37,752 nt of DNA from Reclinomonas americana ATCC 50394 (taxonomy: Eukaryota). The stretch spans positions 36,734 to 74,485 of the forward strand of contig PS015136.1 of NCBI GenBank assembly GCA_048213135.1. The letters run 5' to 3'. The notes under the pieces were generated by a model. It worked only from the letters and a program-made list of their open reading frames with translations, had not been told where the DNA came from and made no database searches. A program made the translations under genes and the position numbers. Below, piece by piece: positions 36,801-37,752 of the stretch (position 1 is its first letter; each line of letters opens with the position of its first letter).

Positions 36801-37752
36801 GCACAAATACAATGTCGACGCGCTCCTCCATCTCGTGCAGCCGGTACTCATCGTGCACCTGCGGGCATGTGTGTTGCGCAATTCGCAGACAGAAGCTACT
36901 GAGTGCCGGTACAGTGCAGGCTGCAACGACAGCCTGATTCAACTCCTTGCGAGTGAGTCGAACTGCACACGGAGATGAGAATATTTGCCGAAATGGGGAG
37001 AAAGGACTGGAAGATGTGCAGACCATGTGGAGCGACCACGCGCACTGTCANNNNNNNNNNNNNNNNNNNNCGTGTGCACGATGAGTCAGTGAGAAACAAT
37101 GGAGGAGGAGGAGGAAGAGGCAGCGATGACACACCAAGCTCCAGGTTGCCGATCCGGCAAAAGAAGGTGAATGGCGAACTCTGCGCGGGTGAATCAAGGA
37201 TGATGATAATCGAGATGGTGGTGCGCATCGCAGAGGACCAAGCGTTACAACACCTCAAAGTAGGCAACCTGTCGCGTGTACTGCGCAACAATGGCCAAAT
37301 GACGCTGTGTCGTCGGATCGACAACCGCTGTGCTGCACGACCACACAGGAGCCACGTGTCTGCCAGACACTGTGGGTTGGAGACGGGAGAGCACAAACTA
37401 TGCATGGTTGCATACGAAACGATCGACCGCAGAGCCACCAGACGATTTCCGTGTGTCCACGACTGAGAGCATTGTTGAGGAGAGCGGGCTTGAACTGCTC
37501 GTACCAAATGTTGCTGACCAAGACTTCCGCCTGCGTCGATATTGGAGAGTGAGCGAGATACTGCAGAGAGAAGCAGAGAGAAAAAGAACACGCTTGCTCT
37601 TACTCGCACGCAACAATGTCACTGGAGTCACGAAGCGAAGCGTCGAATTCGAACTGGCGATTCCGCAGAGTGCGATCGTTGACGAACTGGGCGGCCACAC
37701 CCTGCACGCCACGGCTCCGTTGGTGACTGTTCGCAGTACCGCTGACGGAAAA
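27897..37752 (-). CDS. Very large ankyrin-repeat-containing protein with repeated alpha/beta modules and a C-terminal LRR-like region; partial (5' end beyond window, two gaps inside)
   Basis: Phase-compatible introns link the minus-strand ORF pieces from 27897 up to the gap at 36011-36402, and further exons continue to the window end. Ankyrin motifs MTPLMAACCM|GNSALVSALLRAGARPD, GWTALMLAAYCQQWDAVRLVLE, SPLALCLWYKRPALAAMLLDRG. C-terminal ACAPSLRQLTL/ACAPALQSITV resemble LRRs. Confidence 0.7.
36011..36402. other. Assembly gap (other gaps: 2066-2173, 16034-16326, 17764-18114, 37051-37070)
   Basis: Runs of N. Confidence 0.99.

Overview
Eukaryotic, GC-rich, gene-dense and intron-dense genomic DNA (most introns ~50-100 nt; probably a ciliated/flagellated protist because BBS4 is present), with five assembly gaps. 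I spliced eight genes by hand: a partial NACHT-like P-loop NTPase (-), a ~2400-aa type-I surface protein with 12 Cys-paired IPT/Ig-like repeats plus FN3 domains (+), an 83-aa single-TM protein (-), cyclin H (-), BBS4 (+), a TPR/coiled-coil protein (+), a ~1400-aa SPX + multi-pass membrane + thymidylate-kinase-like + DUF2252 kinase-like fusion (+), and a very large partial ankyrin-repeat protein (-). Two signals stand out. (1) The SPX-TM-TMK-DUF2252 fusion looks like an undescribed phosphate-sensing membrane enzyme. (2) About a quarter of introns use a second donor class, GTT[G/T][C/A]G, i.e. the usual GTGCG/GTGAG consensus shifted by one nucleotide, and do so almost only when the last exon base is not G. 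All gene models and counts are manual and lack RNA evidence.
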